Shown: positions 1 to 9,696, numbered from the stretch's first letter. The stretch is DNA of 64,000 bases from Verrucomicrobiota bacterium (GCA_021733945.1 JAIPJX010000001.1:3707-67706); one strand, 5' to 3'. Translations and numbers: made by a program. Notes: a model not told the origin generated them from the sequence alone.

Positions 1-253
1 CAGTGCCAGCAGCGGCGCATCCAACCCACCCCCCAAGCCTGGGGGCCAAGACCAACCGCGACCGAAGGCTTGCCTCCGACTCATCCGTCCGATTGTTCAT
101 GGTCGATTTCAACACCTCGATTGATATTCGCCGGTCCACCCGCCGACTGCCTGATCATGTCCGGTCGGACACGCAACGACCGGGCATGGCTTGGTCTTCC
201 CTACTCCTTTCTTGGTGAACCTCCCGCAACAAGCGGTATGTCTCCGGTTCGCG

Positions 254-2827
254 CTACATCAGGAACAGGAGCAGCCCGCAATAGACGCACGCACCGGCGA
301 AACGCATCCCCAGGGACCCCGGCCCGGGCCGGTGAGGCGCGGGCTCTTCCCGGGAATGTTTCCAGAGAACCCGGACCGTGATGAACAGACCGATCATCAG
401 CACGAGGACACGGAACAAACTCAGGAGCGAAAGTGAAACCGCCGGGCCTCCGGCACCGCCGCCACCCTGATAACTCAATCCCGCCTCCACATGGATGAGT
501 TCGGGAACAAAACCAATTTCGTACGCGGCGTAGCCTGCAACCACAAGAGGAACGAAAGCGATGATCCCCTTCCAGAATCGACTCTCCGAATCGATCGCGC
601 GTCCCTCCCCCCTGCGGTTCCTGAACACCCGGAGCAGCATCAGGGGAATCCCCGTGCAACAAACCAGCACCGCCGTCGTGATCCAGAACCGATGCTCCGC
701 CAGGGCACCCAGGGAACGGGTGAAGACGACACCCTCCCAGTTTTGCAGCAGGATCAGCCCGATCAACAGTCCGAGCAGAACCATGGTGAACCACCCTTTC
801 TTGGCCAGCTCACTATTTCCCGTCCAGAGCTCACGACCCGGAAACCGGAGATTCAGTTGCGGAGACCCGTTGGGGCAGCTGCGAACACATTCCAGACAGA
901 GCACACAATGGACGTTCGAATCCTGAAACATCAGATGATTGAACACGGGGCAACCGCCGCTCGACTCGGTTCCCTTGTAACAGGCATGCCCGGCACATTT
1001 CGCGGAACACAAATCGAGTGTGGGTCGCAGTTCAAGCACCGAGGCGGTCGAACAGAGTCCCCCGAAGCCGCCCATGGGACAGAGATACCGGCACCAGGTT
1101 CGCCGCGGAAACACAACACTGGCAAAGGTCGCGCAGCTCATGATGCCGATCAGCAGGAACCCGGTCGCCACCGGTGAATGGTGCATGTCCGAAACCGCTT
1201 CCAACCACATGATCCCAACAAACCCGCCCATCGCCAGATAGCTGTCATTGTTCTTGATCCAGGCAGGAATATGCCACTTCAGGTTCGCGACCCGCTGCGC
1301 CAGAGATCCGCTCAGTGCCATCGGGCAGATCGCACACCAAAGCCGACCCAGGAAAAAGAAGGAAAACACCAATCCGGGCCACCAAAGGGACCAGACCAGG
1401 AAGGTCGCCAACCGACCTCCACGCTCTTCCGTCCCAAAAAAACAAAGAACCAGGATCGCCGCGAAGAACAAACCGACCCCCGCCTGGAGCACGGTCGGAA
1501 AGAACCGGAGCAGCGGCTGCAGGATCGATCGCGGAAGATTCAGTAGATTGACCCCGCGGTGATTGTCCTTCAGCACCGTTCCCAGGAAAATCGCTTCCGC
1601 CGGGATGACTTCCTCGTCGGTCAACACCACGGCCAGTTCGATCGCTTCCTTGAGTTCCTGCACATTGCCACCCGTGAAATGATACGACACCAGTTTCGTA
1701 ATCGCCGAATCGTCGAGGTCAGTCACCCGCTTCTTCAAACGCTCGGCGTGCCGGGTCAGAAAATGCCGGGCCAGCTCCGGGATGTCCCGTTTGCGATCGC
1801 GCAGCGCCGGCACGCTTACCCGGTTTTCCGAAAACAGGGCCGCCAGCTCCGGCAAAATCCGTCCGCACCGCGTCAGATCCTCCAGAGAACCACGGATGGT
1901 CACCATCACCCGCACGTCCTTGTGAAGGTAGGCCGGCAGGAGCGGATTCCGGGTGAGCATCTGCGCCAGCCGTTTCTGGATCGGCTGCGTGAGGCTCTCG
2001 ATGTTTCGAAGCAACAACGTGCCTCCCTCCGCAAGATCGATGTAACAGACTGCCGAATGACGCCGATGGCCCGCTTCCCCCAGGGTGAACGGCCCAAAGA
2101 GCGTGTCGCCCAACGCAGTCTCGGCAGCAGCTTCCGCGTTCACACTCACAAACGGATACTCCTTCCGGACACTCAGCACATGGATCCGGCGTCCCACGGA
2201 TTCCTTGCCAGCCCCCCGCTCGCCCTCGATCAGCACCGGGCAACTCTCCTGACTGAGATTCTTAATCTGCCGGTGCGCACTGTTCATCGCCCGGTCCCGG
2301 CCAATCAAGGCGTCGTATCCCTGCGCCTTTTCGTTCTGCACAAAACGCGAGAGTTCCTTCTCCTTTTCCACCACCTTGCCGAGAACCGCGTCGGTCACCC
2401 GCAACCGCTTCGACAACACCCGCACAAACTCACGGAGCAGGCTCGGCTGCGAGGACGTCAGCGCCTCGAAACTCTCGCGGTCCAGCGCCAGTGTGCGCGA
2501 TCTCTCAATCGCAACCACGTTCGCCGAGGTGGTGTCTCCGGTGAGCAGCGACATCTCCCCAAACGCTTCCTTCTCCCCGAGCGTCGCCACCGGGATCACA
2601 CTGCCGCTCTCGGTCTCGACCCTCACCTCCATCCTCCCGGACAGGATGATATGAAAATCGCGGCCGGGAGCCCCCTGATGAATCACCGTCTGCTCAGGCT
2701 CGAAGACCACCAATCGCATCGACAAAGCAATCGAATGCATCGCTTCCTCCGAGAGTGCGGACCACGGTTCGGCGCGCCGCAGAAACTCGACGCTCTGTTC
2801 AAGGGATGGCTGATCGTAGGAAACCAT
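254..2827 (-). CDS. Fusion protein: cyclic-nucleotide-binding domain + sigma-54-activator-type AAA+ core + NapH-like polyferredoxin membrane domain (857 aa)
   Basis: ATG at 2827. The N-terminal region has a cNMP-binding fold (EAFGEMSLLTG, RSRTLAL). The central region aligns to the NtrC-type core (Walker A GERGAGKE, VPALRDRKRDIPELARHF). The C-terminal ~430 aa are polytopic, with RLWCAICPM, RTWCRYLCPMGG and CVLCLECVRSCP Fe-S motifs. Confidence 0.85.
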   Translation of the reverse strand: MVSYDQPSLEQSVEFLRRAEPWSALSEEAMHSIALSMRLVVFEPEQTVIHQGAPGRDFHIILSGRMEVRVETESGSVIPVATLGEKEAFGEMSLLTGDTTSANVVAIERSRTLALDRESFEALTSSQPSLLREFVRVLSKRLRVTDAVLGKVVEKEKELSRFVQNEKAQGYDALIGRDRAMNSAHRQIKNLSQESCPVLIEGERGAGKESVGRRIHVLSVRKEYPFVSVNAEAAAETALGDTLFGPFTLGEAGHRRHSAVCYIDLAEGGTLLLRNIESLTQPIQKRLAQMLTRNPLLPAYLHKDVRVMVTIRGSLEDLTRCGRILPELAALFSENRVSVPALRDRKRDIPELARHFLTRHAERLKKRVTDLDDSAITKLVSYHFTGGNVQELKEAIELAVVLTDEEVIPAEAIFLGTVLKDNHRGVNLLNLPRSILQPLLRFFPTVLQAGVGLFFAAILVLCFFGTEERGGRLATFLVWSLWWPGLVFSFFFLGRLWCAICPMALSGSLAQRVANLKWHIPAWIKNNDSYLAMGGFVGIMWLEAVSDMHHSPVATGFLLIGIMSCATFASVVFPRRTWCRYLCPMGGFGGLCSTASVLELRPTLDLCSAKCAGHACYKGTESSGGCPVFNHLMFQDSNVHCVLCLECVRSCPNGSPQLNLRFPGRELWTGNSELAKKGWFTMVLLGLLIGLILLQNWEGVVFTRSLGALAEHRFWITTAVLVCCTGIPLMLLRVFRNRRGEGRAIDSESRFWKGIIAFVPLVVAGYAAYEIGFVPELIHVEAGLSYQGGGGAGGPAVSLSLLSLFRVLVLMIGLFITVRVLWKHSREEPAPHRPGPGSLGMRFAGACVYCGLLLFLM

Positions 2828-3061
2828 GAGACTGCCGGGGAATGACGTAAACTTTCAATCATCACCTCAAAACCGAGCCGATGCTGCCAACTCGATTTTG
2901 CCTTATTCAAATCCCTTCTTGTTATTTCCGCCGCGGAATTTCCTGATCAACCCCATTCCATCCAGTCAACCGCGTCACCCGGCCTTCGGAACAAACCAGC
3001 GGCATGCCAACCCGCTTTCAAGCCGGGGGCCTGTCTCATTCACGTGAACCTCGTCAGACAG

Positions 3062-3079
3062 TGTCACATTCCTGTGACA
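3062..3079. promoter_or_regulatory. Perfect inverted repeat TGTCACA-TTCC-TGTGACA, candidate operator
   Basis: Read directly. It lies in the 817-bp divergent intergenic region between the fusion gene and the cytochrome gene. The same half-sites and spacing recur at 3318-3333. Confidence 0.4.
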
Positions 3080-3126
3080 ACCGTTCAAGATCCCCGAATG
3101 CGGGGCGCAACAATTTCCCCCTGGCA

Positions 3127-3242
3127 CAACCAAAGCGGCGTGGCCGCTGCGCTCGGCCGCGCACCCCAAAACACCGTCGTTCTTCCCAACTCATGCCTTG
3201 GTATTCATCCCCATTGCAGACAGGAATCCCTGAAGCAAAGGC
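3127..3242 (+). repeat. Interspersed repeat family 1, copy A
   Basis: Shares the blocks CCAAAGCGGCG, GCTGCGCTC and CCAAAACACC with copies at 9697-9862 and 44027-44250. Confidence 0.6.
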
Positions 3243-3317
3243 AGTGCGCTTCGCCCTCCCTTCGATCTCCCCAACCGAACAACCGAACAAACCGACCCTC
3301 CGTTCAACCTCCGAACC

Positions 3318-3333
3318 GTCACACAGATGTGAC
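3318..3333. promoter_or_regulatory. Inverted repeat GTCACA-CAGA-TGTGAC, second copy of the candidate operator
   Basis: Read directly. Same half-sites and 4-nt spacer as 3062-3079, about 310 bp upstream of the cytochrome start codon. Confidence 0.4.
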
Positions 3334-3644
3334 ACCAGCCACCGCCGCACCCGTCCCCCGTGAGAGCCGCAGGCCCGAAGGCAATCACCCGCCGGTTCCG
3401 ATCCATGATGCTTCACTGCAACAGGTTACAACCCGCCCCCCCAGAACCCCTGGCAGTCACGGGATCTTTCCGGCGAATCAGAACAGGACGGCATGGCTCC
3501 TGCGATAGCAATGGCAATGAAAAGGACAGGCCGCATCCGGATCGTCAGGCATTCAACTCGGGAGCCGGTCACCGGGCTTGAGCGTGCAGGGCAACCTTCA
3601 GTGGGAAAAGGACCCATGGGACTCGAAAACAACCATCAAGAATC

Positions 3645-5996
3645 ATGAAAAATGTAAGACAGATAACAGGCATGCTGGCACTCCTGGTGTGGATGGCGCA
3701 ACCAGCGCCCACGCAGGGAGCCGATTCACCACTCATCATGACCCTGCAAAAGCCGGACAAGGGAATGATGGAAATCATCTTCCACGCCGAATCGGGACCC
3801 TTCCGGATCCAGATGAAAACCGCCACCGCCCCGAACGCCGATCCCGATACATCCTGGACCGATGTGCCGGACGCGATGGTCACCAAGATCGATGGAGACG
3901 TTTACCTGGGTCTCTTCCCGAAGGGCGAAGCGGATCTGGCACTCTACCGCGTCGTGAACGAAAGCGACGGCATTGCCGAACTGAAGGGTTGGACCGTGAC
4001 AGCGAAGGTTGCACCGCCTCCCAACGGCCTCTTCTTCGCTCCCGGGGATCGTCCGGTGGTCACGGTGACGATTCTGGACACGTTCGCTCCGGGATTAAAA
4101 CGCGAGGCGTTTTCCTCCCTGGCCCTCTACATGTACGGCCCCCAGGATCCGGAGTACACCATCACCCCGTCAAGATTGCTGAATGCCTCCACCGATCGCA
4201 CGAAAACGCCCCATCATTACATCGACCTGATCAAGGATCCCAATGTGCAGGTGAACGGCAACACCCTCACCTACACCCTGCAGCCGGTGGCGGATGAACT
4301 GCCCGGCACCTATACGGTGAGTGTCCGGGCTCAGCTCGCCTCGGATCGCATGCAGCAGATCATGAAGGCCACCTCGGTGCAGATTGGAACGGCCGATGTC
4401 GAGGATCTGGTTGTCACCAAGACCCAGTGCGCCTCCTGCCATCAGGGCACCGTCAGCGGCAAGTTCTACCTGCATCACATCGACACCAGCAGCCGCAATC
4501 CGACGGGCAGCTGGGCCCTGGATTACGAGCCGGTCACCTCCTGCAAGAACTGCCACAACAATGACGGATACGCGGCGTTTCGGGACAACTCCGTTCCCGG
4601 CGGCCGGGTCCCCGATCCCATCGTCCGCAGGGTGCACGGGGTGCACATGGGCGAACATCTGGAAAAATCGTTCAACATTGATCCGGAGACCGGCGATTTT
4701 GCCGATTACATCCATGTCGAGTTTCCGGCCAATGTCCGCAACTGCACGACCTGTCACGTCGATGATCGATGGAAAACCCATCCCTCCACCCTGGCCTGCG
4801 GTGCCTGTCACGACAACGTATGGTTCGGCGACAAGACCGAACTGCCCGCAGGCATGGAAGCCCACGCCGGCGGTGCGGTACTGCCGGGCAGCCAGAACGA
4901 AAGCCTTTGCGCCACCTGCCATCCGGCCGATTCGGGAGGCGCCGCTGCCATCAGTGTTGCCCACCTGGTCCCACCTCCGAGCTTCAAACACACCGTGACC
5001 CTGGAGGCCTCCGCCCCCGCCAACGGTAAGTTCTTCGTCGCGGGCGAATCCCCGACCGTCACAATCCGGATCAAGGACATCGCCACCGGCGCCGCCATCG
5101 CTCCGGCCAGCATCCTCGAACCGGTGGATTCCCGGAATGTCGCAGCCACCGAATGGCGGCGGGCCAATTTGTTTGTCTCCGGCCCGAGGGCCTGGACCGA
5201 ACCGGTTCTCACCACGGCTGCGGCTCACTCCGATCCAACCCACTACTATGCCAACAACGATCTGCGCGTGCGCATTGATCCGGCCAACGAAGATGCCAAG
5301 ATCACCCGCACCGCCGATTCCATCGTCTACCAGCTGGACGATGTCGCCGGGCTCAAACCGGGCACCTACACGGCCTTTGTGGAAACAATGCCCTCGGCTC
5401 CGCTCGGCGGATGGGCCAGCATCAACTTCCAGGTGGGAACCGCCACCCCGGAACCGATGGTGGCTTCCAGCTGCAACGACTGTCACCGGGACACCAAGAT
5501 GCATTCCAGTTACTTCGCAGTCTCCTTCTCACCGGACATCTGCAAGAACTGTCATGATTACGAACGCCAGACTCCGGGCAAGATCGCGTGGACCGACAGC
5601 AACAGCGGCTTCGGTGCGGCACCGCTCTCGCGACGAATCCACGGGGTGCATTACGGGCACTACCTCGATAAACCGGGCGAAGTGCATCAGCAGCACGATT
5701 ATTCACACACCATCTTTCCGCAGGACGTGCGTAACTGCACCAAATGCCATTCGGAAAGCACGACCTGGACGGAAAAACCGTCCCGCCTGGCCTGTCTGGC
5801 CTGTCACGACGACGATGCGGCGGTGTTTCACGGCACCTTGCTGACATTCGACCCGTCCCCACAGGATCCGTGGAGCGGGGATGAAGTGGAGACCTGCGTG
5901 GTCTGTCACGGCAAAGACTCCAAATTCTCCCCGGCCGTGGTCCACTCAATCGCCAACCCGTTTGTGCCTCCGTATCCAAGGGAAAAGGCGAGGTAA
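3645..5996 (+). CDS. Secreted decaheme c-type cytochrome with an internally duplicated (beta-domain + pentaheme) x2 layout, MtrC/OmcA-like (783 aa)
   Basis: N-terminal signal peptide (MLALLVWMAQPAPTQGA). Ten CxxCH motifs in two groups of five: CASCH, CKNCH, CTTCH, CGACH, CATCH, then CNDCH, CKNCH, CTKCH, CLACH, CVVCH. Each group follows a related beta-rich segment (PPNGLFFAPGDRPVVTVTILD...GTYTVSV and PANGKFFVAGESPTVTIRIKD...GTYTAFV). Confidence 0.9.
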   Translation: MKNVRQITGMLALLVWMAQPAPTQGADSPLIMTLQKPDKGMMEIIFHAESGPFRIQMKTATAPNADPDTSWTDVPDAMVTKIDGDVYLGLFPKGEADLALYRVVNESDGIAELKGWTVTAKVAPPPNGLFFAPGDRPVVTVTILDTFAPGLKREAFSSLALYMYGPQDPEYTITPSRLLNASTDRTKTPHHYIDLIKDPNVQVNGNTLTYTLQPVADELPGTYTVSVRAQLASDRMQQIMKATSVQIGTADVEDLVVTKTQCASCHQGTVSGKFYLHHIDTSSRNPTGSWALDYEPVTSCKNCHNNDGYAAFRDNSVPGGRVPDPIVRRVHGVHMGEHLEKSFNIDPETGDFADYIHVEFPANVRNCTTCHVDDRWKTHPSTLACGACHDNVWFGDKTELPAGMEAHAGGAVLPGSQNESLCATCHPADSGGAAAISVAHLVPPPSFKHTVTLEASAPANGKFFVAGESPTVTIRIKDIATGAAIAPASILEPVDSRNVAATEWRRANLFVSGPRAWTEPVLTTAAAHSDPTHYYANNDLRVRIDPANEDAKITRTADSIVYQLDDVAGLKPGTYTAFVETMPSAPLGGWASINFQVGTATPEPMVASSCNDCHRDTKMHSSYFAVSFSPDICKNCHDYERQTPGKIAWTDSNSGFGAAPLSRRIHGVHYGHYLDKPGEVHQQHDYSHTIFPQDVRNCTKCHSESTTWTEKPSRLACLACHDDDAAVFHGTLLTFDPSPQDPWSGDEVETCVVCHGKDSKFSPAVVHSIANPFVPPYPREKAR

Positions 5997-6035
5997 TTCC
6001 ACCGGGCAGACTCCGGTAACGATTCGACACACGAG

Positions 6036-6064
6036 CCGCCCCTCCCGGGGCGGTTCTTTTTTTC
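6036..6064 (+). terminator. Rho-independent terminator after the cytochrome gene
   Basis: Stem CCGCCCC/GGGGCGG with loop TCCC, followed by TTCTTTTTTTTC, about 40 nt past the stop codon. Confidence 0.6.
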
Positions 6065-6121
6065 AACCCGGAACATACGCAGAAGCTTGACAAACAAAAC
6101 CAGACTGATCAATATACGTAA

Positions 6122-6140
6122 CATGAGTATCATACTCATG
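6122..6140. promoter_or_regulatory. 19-bp perfect palindrome CATGAGTAT-C-ATACTCATG abutting the cysH start
   Basis: Read directly. It lies about 30 bp downstream of a TTGACA hexamer (6087-6092) and ends 1 nt before the first possible cysH start codon. Confidence 0.35.
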
Positions 6141-6141
6141 A

Positions 6142-6930
6142 TTGACATGGGGTATTTGGGATTGTATGACTGCGACCTGTGCCGAAGCAGACTTAATGTT
6201 GCCGAAATCTGAAATCGAAGAGCTGAACGGTCGTTTTGTCGAGGCCCCCACGGAGGAGATTCTGGAATGGGCCTGGGGACAATTCGGCGACAGGGCGGCG
6301 ATTGGAACGAGTTTTCAGGGCGCCGGCCTGGTCATGATGCACCTCGCCAAACAGCGGGGTTTAAAATTCCCGGTCTTCACTCTCGACACCGGGTTATTGT
6401 TTCCGGAGACCCTCAAGCTAAAACGCCGCCTCGAAGATTTTTTCGAACTCACCATCGAACCGCTGCATCCGGACCTGACTGTGGAGCAGCAGGAGTCGGC
6501 ACAGGGCCCCGAACTGTGGAAACGCGATCCCGATTTGTGTTGCACGATGCGCAAGGTGCTTCCGCTTCAGAACAAGCTGCAGGACCTGGATTGCTGGATG
6601 ACCGGATTGCGACGGCAGCAATCCGACACGCGCGCCAGCGTGGACGTGGTGGAAGTCTACATCTTCGACGAGTCGACCGGACGCGAGATCGTCAAGCTGA
6701 ACCCGATGGCGCACTGGAAGCGGGAAACCGTCTGGGAATACATCGCGGCACAGGGCATCCCCTACAACCCGCTGCACGATCAGGGCTATCGGTCCATCGG
6801 GTGCCAGCCCTGCACGCACCGGACCTCGGAGCAGGGGAACGACGAACGAGCCGGCCGCTGGACGGGTTTCAGCAAGGTGGAATGCGGCATTCACACATTC
6901 ATGTCAAAAAAAGTCGATTTTCAAATCTAG
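6142..6930 (+). CDS. cysH: Assimilatory adenylylsulfate (APS)/PAPS reductase, Fe-S (CC...CxxC) type
   Basis: Motifs [22 protein letters not shown] and ECGIH. The start is uncertain: TTG 6142, ATG 6166 or ATG 6196 ([14 protein letters not shown]). Confidence 0.9.
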   Translation: MTWGIWDCMTATCAEADLMLPKSEIEELNGRFVEAPTEEILEWAWGQFGDRAAIGTSFQGAGLVMMHLAKQRGLKFPVFTLDTGLLFPETLKLKRRLEDFFELTIEPLHPDLTVEQQESAQGPELWKRDPDLCCTMRKVLPLQNKLQDLDCWMTGLRRQQSDTRASVDVVEVYIFDESTGREIVKLNPMAHWKRETVWEYIAAQGIPYNPLHDQGYRSIGCQPCTHRTSEQGNDERAGRWTGFSKVECGIHTFMSKKVDFQI

Positions 6931-6938
6931 GACGAGCT

Positions 6939-7751
6939 ATGGATTATCTGTCGAAACTGGAGAACCAGAGCATCTACATTATGCGCGAGGCTTTCAACAA
7001 GTTTGAAAACCTCGCCATGCTCTGGAGCATTGGCAAGGACTCAACCGTCCTGCTCTGGCTGGCCCGCAAGGCGTTCCTGGGGCATGTGCCCTTTCCCCTG
7101 GTCCATGTCGACACCAGCTACAAGATCGCTTCCATGATCGAATACCGGGACCGGCTGGTGGCCGAGTGGGGACTCGATCTGGTGGTGGGCAAGAACGAAC
7201 CGGTCCTCAAGAGCAAGGTGACCTTTCCCGAAGGCAAAGCCACCCGCGTCGAATGCTGCGGCACCCTCAAGAAGGACGGACTCAAACAGGTGCTGGACGA
7301 ACACAAGTTCACCGGAGTCATCGTCGGCGTGCGGCGCGACGAGGAACCCACCCGGGCCAAGGAACGGTATTTCAGTCCGCGGGACAAGAACATGGAATGG
7401 AACGTGGTCGATCAGCCCCCGGAACTCTGGGATCAGTTCAAAACCGACTTCGAGCCTGGCACTCACATCCGGATTCATCCCCTCCTGCACTGGACCGAGC
7501 TCAATATCTGGGAATACATCGAACGGGAGAACATGCCGGTGATCCCCCTCTACTTTGCCAACGAAAAAGGCGAGCGTTACCGGAGCCTGGGTTGCGCCCC
7601 CTGCACGTTCCCCATCAAATCCAGCGCCAGAAACGTCAGCGAGATCATCGCCGAACTGCGCAATTCCAACACCTCCGAACGTTCCGGGCGCGCCCAGGAC
7701 AAGGAGAGCGAAGATGCTTTTGAAAAACTGCGCCGCGACGGTTACATGTAA
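6939..7751 (+). CDS. cysD: Sulfate adenylyltransferase subunit 2
   Basis: [19 protein letters not shown]...[19 protein letters not shown] matches the CysD PAPS-reductase-like fold. The longer ORF-track start (6267) overlaps cysH and was rejected. Confidence 0.95.
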   Translation: MDYLSKLENQSIYIMREAFNKFENLAMLWSIGKDSTVLLWLARKAFLGHVPFPLVHVDTSYKIASMIEYRDRLVAEWGLDLVVGKNEPVLKSKVTFPEGKATRVECCGTLKKDGLKQVLDEHKFTGVIVGVRRDEEPTRAKERYFSPRDKNMEWNVVDQPPELWDQFKTDFEPGTHIRIHPLLHWTELNIWEYIERENMPVIPLYFANEKGERYRSLGCAPCTFPIKSSARNVSEIIAELRNSNTSERSGRAQDKESEDAFEKLRRDGYM

Positions 7752-7784
7752 TCCAACGTCCCGCGACCTCCAACCATTTTCCAG

Positions 7785-9677
7785 ATGACTCAATCTTCAT
7801 CCACCGAACAACTCAAGATCGTCATTGTCGGCCATGTCGATCACGGCAAATCCACGTTTGTGGGCAGGCTCTTTTACGACACCGGCTCCCTGCCCGACGG
7901 CAAATACGAGCAGCTCAAGACCGTCGCCGAGCGCCGGGGTGTGCCCTTCGAATGGGCCAACCTCATGGACGCCCTGCAGTCCGAACGGGACCAGAACATC
8001 ACCATCGACACGGCCCAGATCTGGTTCCGCACGCCCAAGCGCCAGTACGTCATCATCGATGCGCCCGGACACAAGGAGTTCCTGAAAAACATGGTCACCG
8101 GCGCGGCCAGCGCCGAAGCGGCTCTCCTGCTCATCGACGCCAACGAAGGGGTGCAGGAACAGTCGCGCCGGCACGGCTATCTCCTGAACATGCTCGGCAT
8201 CCGCCAGATTGCCGTTCTGGTCAACAAAATGGACCTGCAGGGCTATTCGGAGGAACGCTTCAATGCCATTGAAACCGAATACCGCGAGTTCCTCAAGGGA
8301 TTGGGCATCGAGGCCAAATGTTTCCTGCCCCTGGCCGCCAAGTCCGGAGACAACATCGCCACCCCCAGCGCCAACATGCCCTGGTGGAAGGGAAAAACGA
8401 TTCTACAGGCCCTCGATGATTTCCAGGTCTCCGATCAACCCGACCATCAGCCGCTCCGGTTCCCGATCCAGGACGTTTATCGCTTCGACGATCGACGCAT
8501 CCTCGCCGGTCGTGTCGAATCCGGCACCCTCCGCGTGGGGGATCGCCTGTTGTTTAGCCCGAGCAACAAGGTCAGCACCGTCAAATCCATCGAGCGCTGG
8601 AGCGCGCCCACGCGGGACGAAGCCACCGCCGGGGAATCCATCGGCGTGACGCTCACCGAACAGATTTTCGTCGAACGGGGCGCCATCGCCGCCCTGGAAA
8701 CGTCCCCGCCCTACGCCCTCACCCGGATCAAGGCACGGCTCTTCTGGTTGAGCCGGTCGCCCTTTGCGAAGGGCAAACGATACAAAATCAAACTCGCCAC
8801 CCAGGAGATGGAGTGCGAGATCGAGTCCATTGATCGTCTGATCGATTCCTCCTCCCTCGCGACCATCACACGCGAGGACCAGGGCGCCTACGTCGGGCGC
8901 AACGAAGTGGCTGAACTGGTGCTCCGCACCAAACGCCCCGTCGCCTTCGATCTTCAGTCGGAAATCGTGGCCACCGGCCGGTTTGTCATCGTGGACGGTT
9001 TCGAGGTCTCGGGCGGCGGCATCATCGCGCCGGACAACTACCCGCGGCGCACGGCCGATTCCCTGCAGAAGAGCGACAACATTTACTGGAGCCAGGGCAA
9101 GGTCACCCCCACCCAACGCAACCTGCGAAACGGTCACCTGGGCCGGGTGGTCTGGCTGACCGGCCTGTCGGGCTCCGGAAAATCAACCATCGCGACCGAT
9201 CTGGAACGGGAACTCTTTAATCTGGGCAAACACGCCTATGTTCTGGACGGGGACAACGTCCGCCACGGCCTCTGCCGCGACCTCGGGTTCTCTCCCCAGG
9301 ACCGCCAGGAAAACATCCGGCGCGTGGGAGAGGTTGCCAAGCTCCTGGCGGACGCCGGTTTCATCGCGATCACCGCGTTTATTTCACCCTACCGGGCCGA
9401 TCGTGATCTCGTACGTTCCATCGTGCCTGCAGGCCAGTTCATCGAAGTGTTCGTCAGCGCTCCGATCGAGGTGTGCGAACAGCGCGATCCAAAGGGCCTC
9501 TACGCCAAAGCCCGCGCAAACGAAATCAAGGAATTCACCGGCATTTCCGCCCCCTACGAAGCCCCTGTCCAACCGGAGATCACTCTCACGACCGATTCAA
9601 TGTCAGTCCAGGAATCGGTTGCCAAGGTGATCGAATACCTCCAACTGCAGGATGCCGAGTTGACCGTGACCATCTGA
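7785..9677 (+). CDS. cysNC: Bifunctional sulfate adenylyltransferase subunit 1 (GTPase) / adenylylsulfate kinase
   Basis: N-terminal translational-GTPase motifs ([18 protein letters not shown]). The C-terminal APS kinase domain has the P-loop [11 protein letters not shown]. Confidence 0.95.
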   Translation: MTQSSSTEQLKIVIVGHVDHGKSTFVGRLFYDTGSLPDGKYEQLKTVAERRGVPFEWANLMDALQSERDQNITIDTAQIWFRTPKRQYVIIDAPGHKEFLKNMVTGAASAEAALLLIDANEGVQEQSRRHGYLLNMLGIRQIAVLVNKMDLQGYSEERFNAIETEYREFLKGLGIEAKCFLPLAAKSGDNIATPSANMPWWKGKTILQALDDFQVSDQPDHQPLRFPIQDVYRFDDRRILAGRVESGTLRVGDRLLFSPSNKVSTVKSIERWSAPTRDEATAGESIGVTLTEQIFVERGAIAALETSPPYALTRIKARLFWLSRSPFAKGKRYKIKLATQEMECEIESIDRLIDSSSLATITREDQGAYVGRNEVAELVLRTKRPVAFDLQSEIVATGRFVIVDGFEVSGGGIIAPDNYPRRTADSLQKSDNIYWSQGKVTPTQRNLRNGHLGRVVWLTGLSGSGKSTIATDLERELFNLGKHAYVLDGDNVRHGLCRDLGFSPQDRQENIRRVGEVAKLLADAGFIAITAFISPYRADRDLVRSIVPAGQFIEVFVSAPIEVCEQRDPKGLYAKARANEIKEFTGISAPYEAPVQPEITLTTDSMSVQESVAKVIEYLQLQDAELTVTI

Positions 9678-9696
9678 CCAACCGGATTGGGAGGCA

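Noticed and set aside
1-253. Short ORFs at the left edge, including a possible minus-strand N-terminus starting at base 100 (MNNRTDESEAS...).
   Set aside because: They are too short and unrecognisable to support a feature. Sequence to the left of the window would be needed.
911-930. GTTCGAATCC, the classic tRNA T-loop string.
   Set aside because: It lies inside the well-supported 857-aa CDS. The flanking bases cannot form a T-stem or the rest of a cloverleaf.
3122-3137. TGGCAC...GC with GG-N10-GC spacing, resembling a sigma-54 -24/-12 promoter near the sigma-54-activator-like gene.
   Set aside because: The -12 element is AAGCG rather than TTGCW. The string is part of repeat family 1 (CCAAAGCGGCG), and the adjacent AAA+ protein has lost its sigma-54 contact loop. 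I found no better GG-N10-GC match closer to the cytochrome start.
6267-6938. The N-terminal 224 codons of the ORF-track ORF 6267-7751.
   Set aside because: This part overlaps cysH in another frame and is Arg/Gly/Pro-rich. CysD homology begins at the ATG at 6939 ([19 protein letters not shown]).
6142-9677. Co-occurrence of an Fe-S (APS-type) CysH with an APS-kinase domain on CysNC, considered as a possible pathway inconsistency.
   Set aside because: This combination is known in several bacteria, where PAPS is made for sulfation while APS is reduced directly. It is an ordinary sulfate-assimilation operon.
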